64,000 bases of DNA from a virus, in IMG/VR virus record IMGVR_UViG_3300018080_000112, positions 79,942-143,941 of that record. One strand, 5' to 3'. The notes beneath the pieces were generated by a model. The model was given only the letters and a program-made list of their open reading frames with translations, searched no databases and was not told the origin of the DNA. How positions within the stretch are numbered: position 1 is the first letter of the stretch; each line of letters begins with the position of its first letter. Below are positions 9,531 through 19,112 of the stretch, piece by piece. The position numbers and the translations under genes are program-made.

Positions 9531-10385
9531 TCAGGAAGGAGAAGACTCAGTTTGTTGTTTCTCTTGCGCATCTTCAGCGGCGATATAAAGCTGAACAAAC
9601 TTCTTCAAAGCAAAGTACTGGTGAAGAAGTTGAGAGTTCCAATCCGAACAATCGATCCCTTCTGTGTCCTTGTACACATCGAAATATGCCTCATACCAGG
9701 CTTGTTCCGCCGGACAATAGCCGCCGCATAACCGACTCTCGTACTCATCCCACAACTCTCGCCAGCGGGTCCGCAGTCCCTTGATCTTCTCCAGTGCTGC
9801 AAGCGCTTCTTCCGCCTGCAGATCGATATCTTCTTCCTCCAGAAGCAACTCAAAGTTCTTGTCCTTGAGTTCTGCAATCTGGTTGTCAAGCTCAATTACG
9901 TCCGGTGATTCGTCCGTCTCGCCTTGCTTGAAAAGAACATCGATCCCGCACGAAAGGTCATGCATTTTCTCCTGCACTTCCTGGATCGCTTTTTGGGTCT
10001 CCATCACCACTTCGTGATCTTCTCGCAAGTGTTCGAGATGCAACTCCGCCTCTTTGATCAAAAACGTCTTCTGTCTGTGAACCGGCGTCACCTTCTCCAT
10101 GAAATAATCAAGGTGATCGTGCTTGCTGTTCAGCGTGCTCAGGAGCCACGAGAGCGCATCCGGACCACTCGGGACAACGCAGAGGTCTTGCAGATCTCCA
10201 TGGAAGAGTATCGTGTTCGCAGACACTACCACGCGAAAGCTGTACATGCTGGTTCCTGGTTTCTGACAATACCAGCGTCCTTCCCCCTCTTTGATCAGAA
10301 TATGATCCTTGAGAGAGGGATCTGAGAGCGCCTTCATATGCGCTCGCCACTCTTTCGAGTTATATTTTTCCTCATACTGTGACAT
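9531..10385 (-). CDS. hypothetical phage protein with central coiled coil
   Basis: 284-aa ORF overlapping its upstream neighbour. Confidence 0.7.
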   Translation of the reverse strand: MSQYEEKYNSKEWRAHMKALSDPSLKDHILIKEGEGRWYCQKPGTSMYSFRVVVSANTILFHGDLQDLCVVPSGPDALSWLLSTLNSKHDHLDYFMEKVTPVHRQKTFLIKEAELHLEHLREDHEVVMETQKAIQEVQEKMHDLSCGIDVLFKQGETDESPDVIELDNQIAELKDKNFELLLEEEDIDLQAEEALAALEKIKGLRTRWRELWDEYESRLCGGYCPAEQAWYEAYFDVYKDTEGIDCSDWNSQLLHQYFALKKFVQLYIAAEDAQEKQQTESSPS

Positions 10386-10881
10386 GCAATTCTTCCCCTG
10401 TCTTTTGTTCGATGGTTGTCAACATCTTCCGCGCCGCATCTGTAAGACGCCACTTCTTTTGTCCTGAACAGTCGCCGCACACCTCGATCAGTCCCTTTGT
10501 GACCAATGAGGGAAGAGAACCCGCCCCTCTCTTTTGGGATACCGTTGCAGGTTCCTCCTTGCACTTCAGGAAAATGAGCGCCTTTTGTTCTCCCATTGTC
10601 AAATCAATCCAGCGGTATCGCTTCGTGACCTTCGCCTTCTTTGTTCCCTTCTCGATACAAGAGGGACACAACGCCTTTGGAAAGGGTGTGAGACCTTTAC
10701 AGCCCGGACACTTCATTGGAGTAACGGAAGGACCATTCAACGACCAGCCAGAGCCAGCCGGATAATGACGCGCCCAACCAGCCGCGCCGCAAAGCTCACA
10801 TACATAATAGCCGTTAGAAGGGTCTTGTTTCCATTTGTGATCTTTTCGGTCCTTGCAAGGATTCCAATCCGCCACGTTCAT
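10372..10881 (-). CDS. zinc-ribbon plus winged-helix-like hypothetical protein
   Basis: CELC, CPGC, CPSC; SLVTKGLIE...WRLTDAAR wHTH-like end. Confidence 0.6.
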   Translation of the reverse strand: MNVADWNPCKDRKDHKWKQDPSNGYYVCELCGAAGWARHYPAGSGWSLNGPSVTPMKCPGCKGLTPFPKALCPSCIEKGTKKAKVTKRYRWIDLTMGEQKALIFLKCKEEPATVSQKRGAGSLPSLVTKGLIEVCGDCSGQKKWRLTDAARKMLTTIEQKTGEELHVTV

Positions 10882-11270
10882 CGTGCTTGCTCCACTTGTT
10901 GTTCCTGACTTCGCTTCTGGTGCTCTTCAATCTCCGCCATGTTCAGATGGATCTTTTTGGCGTGGTCTTGTGTCACATAACCCGGTGTTGCATCTTCCCC
11001 ATAAGACTCACACCAGCGACAAGACGCCTCTTTGCTTCCTGTCTGTGCGTCTTCAGAGACTCCGGTCCCTTTGCAGATCGGACAAGGAACCCGCATCATA
11101 TCTCCGCCCACAACCGCCATTTTGACCGTCTTTGCGATCAAAAATAGGTCCTTGGGGACACGCGGACCCGCCTTCTTCAAACAAGCAAACAATGCATTCG
11201 CATGCTTTGCAGCTTGCACCAATTCCATCGCTTCATTCGTCACCTTTTCAGTCTGTTCTGTCTGTTCCAT
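10878..11270 (-). CDS. small protein with DnaJ-type zinc finger
   Basis: CPICKGTG ... CRWCESYG; ATGA overlap with next gene. Confidence 0.65.
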   Translation of the reverse strand: MEQTEQTEKVTNEAMELVQAAKHANALFACLKKAGPRVPKDLFLIAKTVKMAVVGGDMMRVPCPICKGTGVSEDAQTGSKEASCRWCESYGEDATPGYVTQDHAKKIHLNMAEIEEHQKRSQEQQVEQAR

Positions 11271-11304
11271 CTGTCTTCTCCTTTGTCCCGTTATTACGGT
11301 GTGT

Positions 11305-11754
11305 TTACAACTCCATAACCTCTAAATGTGCCTCACATAAACCATACTCGACACAGTCCGGATTGGCGGTCTCCACAAGCGCATGACACTCATGACAACG
11401 CAACCCATCATCCAACTGACGGTGAAACCGGTCCAAACAATACTGACCAAACTCCCCAATGGTCAGATCTTCGACCTGGCTTGTATCCACCTCCATACCG
11501 CCGACCTCGACAGACTCACCCGCCGCCTTGCACAACTTACCAAAAAGCTCTTCATCCGCCTCGTGAAGGTTCTCAAGGTAGTACATGACACAGAGCGCCC
11601 CGAAAGCAGTCAACGGGTCAGTCTTTTCTTCTGAATCGTCCGCACTTGGCGCAAAATACCCATCATCGAACAAGGAAACCAGGTTCTGAAAATCAACCAT
11701 TTCGTAATCAATGGTGACCTGTTTTCCGTTATCACCTTCCATGTCCATCTTCAT
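11305..11754 (-). CDS. hypothetical protein, paralog of the 8624..9442 N-domain, with C-terminal Zn finger
   Basis: CHEC...LCEAH; GGAG RBS. Confidence 0.65.
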   Translation of the reverse strand: MKMDMEGDNGKQVTIDYEMVDFQNLVSLFDDGYFAPSADDSEEKTDPLTAFGALCVMYYLENLHEADEELFGKLCKAAGESVEVGGMEVDTSQVEDLTIGEFGQYCLDRFHRQLDDGLRCHECHALVETANPDCVEYGLCEAHLEVMEL

Positions 11755-11773
11755 CGTATGCTCTCCCTTATAT

Positions 11774-12682
11774 TTACCACTCTGTTTTCTCTTCTCTCCG
11801 TCGCATGGACTCTTTCAACTTGCGTCGCTTCTCTTCCCGCTCTTGTTCTTCCTCTGACAACGTCATACCGTCCACAGCTAACGGACCATCATGGAAACCT
11901 GGAATCCCGCCGGAAACTAGGGAAGCACTGTCAAACTCCGCATCATCGATCCTTGTGAAATCTTCCAGCACGGACGTGAATTCAGGATTGATCTCATGAG
12001 AATCATCCCTTGGACAGTGTTGCGGGGGTCCATCCGCTGTTTCCCCGATAACCTCGAAGAATCGCTGTTCCGTAACACAGAAGACCTCATATTTGGTCAT
12101 TTCTGTGCTTTTCTTGATCCTGCCAGACATGCCGACCCCAACACCCGGCGACCCCAGAGAAAAATCGGGTGGTCTGGATGGGTCAGATGTACCTGATTTT
12201 ATCGTTACAGCGCCTGTTGTACCGCCTCCGAAGTGACCACCACGACCCGCACTGGCTCGCAGTGCGCTACTTGTTTCAAAGTTAGGAAGAGACGTTTTTG
12301 GTGCTGGTATGTGCGATTCCTCCAGCCCCTGTTCTCCCACTTTAGTCCACTTGCCTTTGGCGAAAATATACAAGAGACCCGCACTTGTATCCATGCACAA
12401 AGACCCTTCTTCGGCATCATCAGGGAACTCTCCTGTACCTTTTGCAATCTCCACAGACACACGGCGTGTTCCTAGTGGTGCAAATGGTCTCGCTTCCGGG
12501 TCAAAAAGCGCGTCCTCATCTTCCTCTTCATCAAAAGGAAATCCGCGCTCTTCATCCACCATAACGACCTGGATGGCTCTTCTCTCCTCTTTCGCCCTTT
12601 TCTCTCGTTCTTTTCGTCTCTTCATGATTCTCTCAATTGTAGCTTGCGCAAACGGATTTGGTTTCTTTCCTGTGCTCACCAC
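11774..12682 (-). CDS. mosaic hypothetical protein carrying the shared C-terminal tag (KRRKLKESMRRREEKTEW)
   Basis: 302-aa ORF; see findings. Confidence 0.7.
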   Translation of the reverse strand: MVSTGKKPNPFAQATIERIMKRRKEREKRAKEERRAIQVVMVDEERGFPFDEEEDEDALFDPEARPFAPLGTRRVSVEIAKGTGEFPDDAEEGSLCMDTSAGLLYIFAKGKWTKVGEQGLEESHIPAPKTSLPNFETSSALRASAGRGGHFGGGTTGAVTIKSGTSDPSRPPDFSLGSPGVGVGMSGRIKKSTEMTKYEVFCVTEQRFFEVIGETADGPPQHCPRDDSHEINPEFTSVLEDFTRIDDAEFDSASLVSGGIPGFHDGPLAVDGMTLSEEEQEREEKRRKLKESMRRREEKTEW

Positions 12683-14508
12683 TCTGAATCTTCTTCGCGT
12701 CGCTTAATTGACGCCTTCAACAAGCGCTTCTTCTTTTGTTCCTCTGTCTCTTGTGTAGACCAGTCAACACCGACGTGAGCTTGACTCCCGTCTATCATAC
12801 GAACAAGGTCCGTCATATCAGCAAGCGGAACATCAAAGGAGTTGTTTTTGATCGGCGGTAACCCTTCCGCTTCCCGAATCTCGTTGATCGTTCGAACATC
12901 TTGACCATATCTGTCCATGTATTGCCCCCACAGAACTTCGTCTTGTTGTGTTGGAGCGGGAACTGTAACAAATGCTTCGCCATACCTCTCCTGTTGTTTC
13001 TCGTGCTTCTCCAGTATTTTCATCTGTTCAGGAGTAAAAAACGACGCTGGTACAATAGGTTTTTTCTCTTCTTCCTTGCGCAAACCAGAGGTCTCTTTCG
13101 CCTGTTCTGGAGTAAAAAAGGATTCCGAGCCACTGTGTAAAATATCTCCCCACACATCTACAATAGGCTTTTCACTACTTGGTGTCAGTCCCCCCACAAC
13201 GGGGTCAAGGCGCACAAAATCACGAACAACTTGATTCAACCGGTCTAATTCTTGCGCCGACAAATCACCAGAGAACACAACTTCCATCCTTCCGGTGGTC
13301 TCATATACACGAATCAAAACAGGCTTAGGAACACCAGCCTCCACAATCTTTTTTCGCAAAAGCGCTTGATCAATGATTGTGCTTCGAGGAACCTTATAGT
13401 CATAAGAGCGCCTTCTCACCGGGCTTTCTTCCTTGAAAGCATCAAGAAATTTTTCCGCTTCCGGCGTCTCAAAGAAATCACGTGCTTCTTCTATTGTCTT
13501 GAAGACACGAACCTCACCCGGCTTGCCAAGCTGCACTGCGCTTCCTGCAGCAACTGGAACTCTGGTTCCATCCTCTTGCTCAATGGTCATCGTTACCGGG
13601 TCAAACGAACCCGGTATCACCTCAGAACTCATCACGGACTCACCGGGATTCAAGGACTCAGAAACCCGTATAGGTCCCGTGGGATGTGTCGGAGAATGTC
13701 GCCAAGGATCGTCTGGTCCCACTGTACTATCCTCCTGGTTTGGGTCTCCCGCGTTGGTTCGATCATCATCCTCAAAGAAAACAGGACGACCTTGAACCTC
13801 TGACTGGAACTCTGGTTCGGAAGAATGCGCACGTTTCCGCATGCCGGTCACCATTTCCGCGTGTCTCTCATTCGGTGACTCTGTCTTGATCATACTGGAC
13901 TGGATTGCAAAAGCTTGCGCCATAGCCGCGTGGTCAATCTCCATGTGATCGATGTTCAATTGACCCTTGTAACCGGGCGGAACAAACTCAAGAGCCTCTG
14001 CACGTGGAAAAGAAATCGGGTGTATGAACTCTTTTTGTGTTCCGAGAAATTTGACCGTTTGGGTGGTCTTCTCTTTTCTCCGCTCCATTCGTGACTTTAC
14101 TGCGTTCTTTACAGCGGGAACAGCGTGCTTCATATCCACCCACCCAAAGACAGCGTCCTTCGTCCACATCGTTTCTGTGTTCTCATCGAAGTACTGTGTG
14201 CCTTGCGGAGCATCTGACGGCACTTGCTCCCGTCCCTCGAACCCTCGACCTATGTAGAACGGACTCTCGTCTTTTGTGCCACTTATCAGCGCTCCTGGAA
14301 GAGCTTTTGTCTCCGTCATTTCCTTGATCAAATTGTCCACCTTGGAAACATCCTCTGACGAATCTGTGGGCGCAACCCCCACGCCACGAGACTCAAAGTG
14401 TTTACTCGTGGGGATCTCCGGGCTGTCTTGTTTTCTCCTCTTCTTCATGGGAAGCAACTCCTTTGCCTTCGCCAGTAACATCCGCAGTGCGACACTTACA
14501 TCAGCCAT
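12676..14508 (-). CDS. mosaic, largely disordered protein carrying the shared C-terminal tag (KKRLLKASIKRREEDSEW)
   Basis: 610-aa ORF overlapping both neighbours. Confidence 0.75.
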   Translation of the reverse strand: MADVSVALRMLLAKAKELLPMKKRRKQDSPEIPTSKHFESRGVGVAPTDSSEDVSKVDNLIKEMTETKALPGALISGTKDESPFYIGRGFEGREQVPSDAPQGTQYFDENTETMWTKDAVFGWVDMKHAVPAVKNAVKSRMERRKEKTTQTVKFLGTQKEFIHPISFPRAEALEFVPPGYKGQLNIDHMEIDHAAMAQAFAIQSSMIKTESPNERHAEMVTGMRKRAHSSEPEFQSEVQGRPVFFEDDDRTNAGDPNQEDSTVGPDDPWRHSPTHPTGPIRVSESLNPGESVMSSEVIPGSFDPVTMTIEQEDGTRVPVAAGSAVQLGKPGEVRVFKTIEEARDFFETPEAEKFLDAFKEESPVRRRSYDYKVPRSTIIDQALLRKKIVEAGVPKPVLIRVYETTGRMEVVFSGDLSAQELDRLNQVVRDFVRLDPVVGGLTPSSEKPIVDVWGDILHSGSESFFTPEQAKETSGLRKEEEKKPIVPASFFTPEQMKILEKHEKQQERYGEAFVTVPAPTQQDEVLWGQYMDRYGQDVRTINEIREAEGLPPIKNNSFDVPLADMTDLVRMIDGSQAHVGVDWSTQETEEQKKKRLLKASIKRREEDSEW

Positions 14509-15769
14509 CTTTGATCCCGGATTGTTGTGCTTCCACTAGAATCTCTTTTCCTAGCGGAACAAGGTCTTTCGGCTCGAACCCATCTAAGGAAACAAAACCC
14601 GAACACAAAACAGAATCCAGTATCTCTTCAGGAGATTGCTCGGAAGATAGTTGTACCCGAACAGGAGTAGACGAAAAGCGATCTGTATCCTTATCAGGCG
14701 ATAGTAGCTCAACATATACGGCTCCTTTCTGGTAGAAGGCATCCATGGCTCTGTTTATAGCCGACCGGAGCACCTTCACAGAGTCTGGTTGCACCAGCAC
14801 AATATTACCTGATGCACGAGCCGCCATTGATTCAATTGTTGGATCTTGTATGCTGTCAACGTATCTCAGATTCCCATCGATACCGATCCGATACTTCACA
14901 AAAACGGGCGATGTTGGTAAGTAGTAGAACTCCAGGTCAACCGCTTTTTTCGTCTCTGTACTTGCTGCAGATTTGCTTGTTGGCGCTGTCTTAATCGACA
15001 CCGTCCAGACACCGCGTTGTTGTTTGATCTCGTGGGGGTGTTGTTGCCACGGTTGTCCCGGTATCAAGACCTTTGTTCCAGATACATAGGTGATTTGTGG
15101 CATGTGTATGTGACCGGAGATCACCAGGTCAAAACCACGGACCCACTTCTTTGAGATAATCGAGCTTTCTCGAATCACGATCCCCTCGTGATCTACAAGC
15201 TCATCCTTGGCGAGACTATCCACCGGAACATTGTGCTCATTGAGAACAGAGCCAGACACCATTCCATGCGTCACACAGATGGTTGGTTGACCTTCTGTAA
15301 GCGCATAAGGCTTGAACCATTCTTTCTTGAACTGGTCTCGATAGGGAACGGCACACACCGAAATCTTTTGACCATCCGCCAGCCGCCAATCAATCACTTC
15401 CGGTTCATGGGCAACCTGGAAACCAGGAAGGTCTGCAAAAATCTGAAGCGCATGCTGTTCGCCAGAGCGGACCACAAAATCGTGGTTACCCGGTACGAGT
15501 AACACATTCAAGCCAGCATCTGACCACTTCCGAAACTCTGCATAAACCGCATTGAACACATTGATTGTCACCTTGCTCTTTGCATCAAATACGTCACCCG
15601 AGATCACTACATTCTTGATCCTGAGTTGTTCAGAGAGTTGGAGGACCCCGTCAAGGCTATCAAGAGCCGTTTTAAGGCGCGAATTAATTCCGTTGATAAG
15701 ACGACCATACCGCTTATGGTTGTGTGCGTGTATATCGCTGATAACGATAAATTCAACCGATGTTGTCAT
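14501..15769 (-). CDS. sbcD: SbcD/Mre11 (T4 gp47-like) metallophosphoesterase nuclease
   Basis: DIH, GDVFD, GNHD, THG, GHIH calcineurin-like motifs; lies in the recombination cluster. Confidence 0.85.
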   Translation of the reverse strand: MTTSVEFIVISDIHAHNHKRYGRLINGINSRLKTALDSLDGVLQLSEQLRIKNVVISGDVFDAKSKVTINVFNAVYAEFRKWSDAGLNVLLVPGNHDFVVRSGEQHALQIFADLPGFQVAHEPEVIDWRLADGQKISVCAVPYRDQFKKEWFKPYALTEGQPTICVTHGMVSGSVLNEHNVPVDSLAKDELVDHEGIVIRESSIISKKWVRGFDLVISGHIHMPQITYVSGTKVLIPGQPWQQHPHEIKQQRGVWTVSIKTAPTSKSAASTETKKAVDLEFYYLPTSPVFVKYRIGIDGNLRYVDSIQDPTIESMAARASGNIVLVQPDSVKVLRSAINRAMDAFYQKGAVYVELLSPDKDTDRFSSTPVRVQLSSEQSPEEILDSVLCSGFVSLDGFEPKDLVPLGKEILVEAQQSGIKDG

Positions 15770-16286
15770 GTTCGTCTCCCAGATATTTCAAGGATTCTTC
15801 TGTTACCAGATAATTCCAGCGCTTTGATGGGATCTGTTGAGAGGGGTCGTCAAGAACAAGGACCTCCGCCGGATAACCAGCATACCGACACTTCCAGTCA
15901 AGTAACTCCTTCAAAAAGAATTCAACAATCGAACCCTTGTTATAAGCGACCACTATCTTATCCAGAGTAACCAGCGGATCATTCTTGAGAAAGAGACCCA
16001 CACCGATCTGACAAATGGATTGTTTTGGGAAAGCAAGCCCGGATCGAATCAACCGAAACAGATACACAGCGGCTCTCTCAATATCCGTACTCGGTTCATT
16101 CTCTTGTAGCTCTCGCCAGCCGTGCGAGATATCCGATTTCCGCTTTGCAAGATCTTCCGCATCTCGACCAATTTCATACCGAGACGTTCCTTTTGGATAA
16201 ACCTTGACCTGTTCAACATAGGTTCTGTGCCCCACGTCAACCCCCGTTGTGCTCCTGTTCCAGCTTGCATATAATAGAACTCTCAT
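15753..16286 (-). CDS. hypothetical protein
   Basis: ATG 16286 with AGGAG RBS; the ORF-track start at 16340 falls inside the promoter. Confidence 0.7.
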   Translation of the reverse strand: MRVLLYASWNRSTTGVDVGHRTYVEQVKVYPKGTSRYEIGRDAEDLAKRKSDISHGWRELQENEPSTDIERAAVYLFRLIRSGLAFPKQSICQIGVGLFLKNDPLVTLDKIVVAYNKGSIVEFFLKELLDWKCRYAGYPAEVLVLDDPSQQIPSKRWNYLVTEESLKYLGDEHDNIG

Positions 16287-16319
16287 TCGTTTCTCCTTTT
16301 GCCTCTTACCACTCCCTAC

Positions 16320-16349
16320 TAGAGACACACTTTTTGTCAAAAGCGTACC
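16320..16349 (-). promoter_or_regulatory. phage-specific promoter (copy 5)
   Basis: GGT ACGCTTTTGACAAAAAG TGTGTCTCTA, nearly identical to copy 1. Confidence 0.75.
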
Positions 16350-16373
16350 ACTAGAGAAAAGAAAAGTATCAAA

Positions 16374-16449
16374 TCAAGACTGTTGACTCTTTCCGATCAC
16401 TTCTTTTTCAAGGCTGTTGACTTAGAGATGGTTTGAGAGGGGCTGTTGA
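16374..16449. repeat. three TCAA-N5-TTGA-like boxes upstream of promoter copy 5
   Basis: TCAAGACTGTTGA at 16374, TCAAGGCTGTTGA at 16408, half-degenerate GGCTGTTGA ending 16449. Confidence 0.75.
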
Positions 16450-16472
16450 CTGGAATGATAATCAGGTCAAGT

Positions 16473-16485
16473 GTTAGGTCCTAAC
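16473..16485. repeat. 13-bp palindrome (copy 3), supplies the recA TAG
   Basis: GTTAGGTCCTAAC. Confidence 0.9.
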
Positions 16486-17623
16486 CTTTCTTTTTCTTCT
16501 TTCCCGTCTCTTTCGGGTCTGGTGCTTGCGGGATCTTGTCACTTCCAGGAAGTTCCGGCATCGTGGGTTTGGGCTTGCCTGCAGGGATCACTTGTGTCGC
16601 CCGTTGTTCCTCCATCTTTCGCAGAACGTCCGCCTTCAACGCCTCGAATCGTTCCTCATTCTCTCGAAGTTCAATGACAACATTATCTTTGCCTTGACCC
16701 AATGCTTTCGCGCCATACTGATACCAGGACCCTTTCTTTTCGATGATACCGAAATCCACGGCACAATCCATGATTTCGCGGTAAGGGTCAAAACCACGAC
16801 CAAAAATCAAGTCAATCTCCGCTTGCGCAAAGGGCGGAGCGAGCTTGTTCTTGACTACCTTCACCCGTACCGTGTTCCCAAGAACATCTTCGCCTTTCTT
16901 GAGTGTGGCGATACGCCGGATATCCAGCCGTACAGATGCATAAAACTTCAAAGCATTTCCGCCGGTAGTGGTCTCTGGATTTCCGAACATGACACCAATC
17001 TTCTGGCGAAGTTGGTTGATAAAGATCACCGTTGTCTTTGTCTTGCCTATGATGCTTGTCAGCTTCCGCAAAGCTTGACTCATCAGGCGAGCTTGTAGCC
17101 CCATGTGACTGTCGCCCATATCACCTTCGATCTCGGCTCGCGGAACGAGCGCCGCCACAGAATCAACCACAGCAAGATCAAATCCGCCGCTACTCACCAC
17201 GATATCCAGGATCTCCAGCGCTTGTTCTCCATGGTCTGGTTGAGCCAGATACAAGGCATCTGTGTCAACGCCAAGGTTCTGAGCATACGCCAGATCAAGC
17301 GCATGTTCCGCATCGATAAAAGCGCACGCGCCGCCACGTTTCTGAATCTCTGCGATTGCATGCAGTGTCATTGTGGTCTTGCCACCGGACTCAGGTCCGT
17401 ATATCTCGATTACCCGTCCCCTTGGATAACCACCGACACCCAACGCGATATCGAGCTTCATGCTTCCCGTGGGGAATGTATCAACGACCTGAACGGGCGC
17501 ATCACCCAATTGTTGAATCGCACCCTTTCCGTACTGTTTCTCGATTAGATTCACCGCCGCCTGACGAGCTTTTTCTCTCGGATCTTTTGGTTCCTCTTTC
17601 GGGTCTTTCGTCTCTTTTCCCAT
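16481..17623 (-). CDS. recA: recombinase RecA
   Basis: GPESGGKTT Walker [34 protein letters not shown]. Confidence 0.97.
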   Translation of the reverse strand: MGKETKDPKEEPKDPREKARQAAVNLIEKQYGKGAIQQLGDAPVQVVDTFPTGSMKLDIALGVGGYPRGRVIEIYGPESGGKTTMTLHAIAEIQKRGGACAFIDAEHALDLAYAQNLGVDTDALYLAQPDHGEQALEILDIVVSSGGFDLAVVDSVAALVPRAEIEGDMGDSHMGLQARLMSQALRKLTSIIGKTKTTVIFINQLRQKIGVMFGNPETTTGGNALKFYASVRLDIRRIATLKKGEDVLGNTVRVKVVKNKLAPPFAQAEIDLIFGRGFDPYREIMDCAVDFGIIEKKGSWYQYGAKALGQGKDNVVIELRENEERFEALKADVLRKMEEQRATQVIPAGKPKPTMPELPGSDKIPQAPDPKETGKKKKKG

Positions 17624-17758
17624 GGATCATGTTCTCCTAAAAAAAACCGATGCTCTCCCCTTCCTCCAATGACACACTACACAAGTCGATATGGTAAAGG
17701 AGAAAGAGAAAGGGGAGAGAACCGGCGGGATTATGGTAGGTGGAAACTGGTGTGATTG

Positions 17759-18985
17759 TTAACCCTGTTCGGCTTGCTTCTCCAGGTATGCCTCGACATC
17801 ATCGACACTTTTGGGTTTCTCTTCTGCAGGAGCCTCCGAAGCGGGTGCCGCTTGTGGTGCGGGTGTCGGCGCAGGTTTGCCGGGTGCAGGCTTACCAGGG
17901 GCTGGCTTACCGGGTGTAGGCGCGGTCTCCGCCTCCATAGCCGGACCCTTGAACCACTTGAGACCAGTCACGGCGCGGAACGTGGCCGCACAGTGCGGAA
18001 CAAGCGCACAATCGAAACAGAATTGCTCTTTGGGATCTGGTTCCTGGCTGTAACACCATGGAACATCATCCTCTTTGGTGAAACCAGCCACACCATTCTG
18101 AACAAGCTGTTCCTTGCTCATCACCGCGCCGCCAGTGATCAACTGTTCGAACGCCTCCGGGTTGAGTCCAGGGGCGGGAGGAGGCGCGGAGTGTTCCGGC
18201 AACGCACCAGCCGAAGGAGCCGAACCAGGAAGGCTATTCTGGGAGTTGGTGTCTTCGCCGTAGTAGAGCGCCCGTGTCTCATCATAGGTGTTGCTCTTCC
18301 ACATGCGATGCTCATCCAGGTTCCCCTCACCACCCATGTACTTTTCCAGGGTCTCCATCTCGCTCTTCTCGGGAAAGACGGGACACTTTTCCGGGATAGG
18401 GAGGAAGCTGTACGTGGTGTTGAGACCTTCGCCGGTACGAGACATCTCCAGGTCATAACCTTCGAAGGGGTCCGTCACATCACCCCAATGAGCGCTTGCG
18501 AACAGGTCCAGCATCTTCTCATGAGCCATCCAGCCGATAGACAAGAACTTGATCTTCGCTTCGCCGATCAACTCTTGCTTCTCCTGAACCTCTTTGTCAG
18601 TCGCCTTGAAGACAGGGTCATCACGGTCGATCACCTGGTACACAAAACGGCGGTTGGGTTTGAGCTTCTTCGAACGAGACGCATCATCAGGGTGACCCGT
18701 TTCAGCAAGCTGTTCGCGCTGTTCGCAGACAAAGCACTTGTCTTCTCGCAACTGCGCTGGACAGTTCGCCCGTTTGCCGCCGGTGAGGTCCCAATGCTGA
18801 TACACCTTCTTATAAGGCAACTCCGCGTTTGGACCTTCAGCGGTCCAGGGGGGGAGAATCCGGATACGGTAGGTGATACCGTTCTTGGGGGTCAAAAAGA
18901 CCGCCGGAGTTCGCGACCCTTTGATAGGGGCGTCTGTGGTTTTCTGTTCTTTCGTCTTCTCTGTGTTTACTTTCACAAATCCCAT
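17759..18985 (-). CDS. T4 gp32-type single-stranded DNA-binding protein with extended Pro/Ala-rich and Cys-cluster C-terminus
   Basis: RIRILPP, CP...C..C Zn site, VIDRDD, DVTDPFEGYDL; acidic C-terminal end; between recA and the uvsY-like gene. Confidence 0.8.
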   Translation of the reverse strand: MGFVKVNTEKTKEQKTTDAPIKGSRTPAVFLTPKNGITYRIRILPPWTAEGPNAELPYKKVYQHWDLTGGKRANCPAQLREDKCFVCEQREQLAETGHPDDASRSKKLKPNRRFVYQVIDRDDPVFKATDKEVQEKQELIGEAKIKFLSIGWMAHEKMLDLFASAHWGDVTDPFEGYDLEMSRTGEGLNTTYSFLPIPEKCPVFPEKSEMETLEKYMGGEGNLDEHRMWKSNTYDETRALYYGEDTNSQNSLPGSAPSAGALPEHSAPPPAPGLNPEAFEQLITGGAVMSKEQLVQNGVAGFTKEDDVPWCYSQEPDPKEQFCFDCALVPHCAATFRAVTGLKWFKGPAMEAETAPTPGKPAPGKPAPGKPAPTPAPQAAPASEAPAEEKPKSVDDVEAYLEKQAEQG

Positions 18986-19112
18986 CGGTTTGTTTTCCTT
19001 TTGTTTCCCTAAAGGCAACGCCTTTTCGGTTCCTTTTGAGTTCCTTTTTACTTCCCGCGATCAAAGTTGTTCTTGACCTATCATAGTTGTGGGGAACACG
19101 ACTTTCCCACGA

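Noticed and set aside
16336-16350. Sigma54 promoter (TGGTACGCTTTTGAC resembles TGGCAC-N5-TTGC)
   Set aside because: The -12 GC is absent and the best-conserved element (TGTCTCTA) lies further downstream; fits a sigma70-family layout better.
17756-19012. 418-aa plus-strand ORF and many other plus-strand ORFs in the track
   Set aside because: Antisense shadows of well-supported minus-strand genes; no recognisable motifs.
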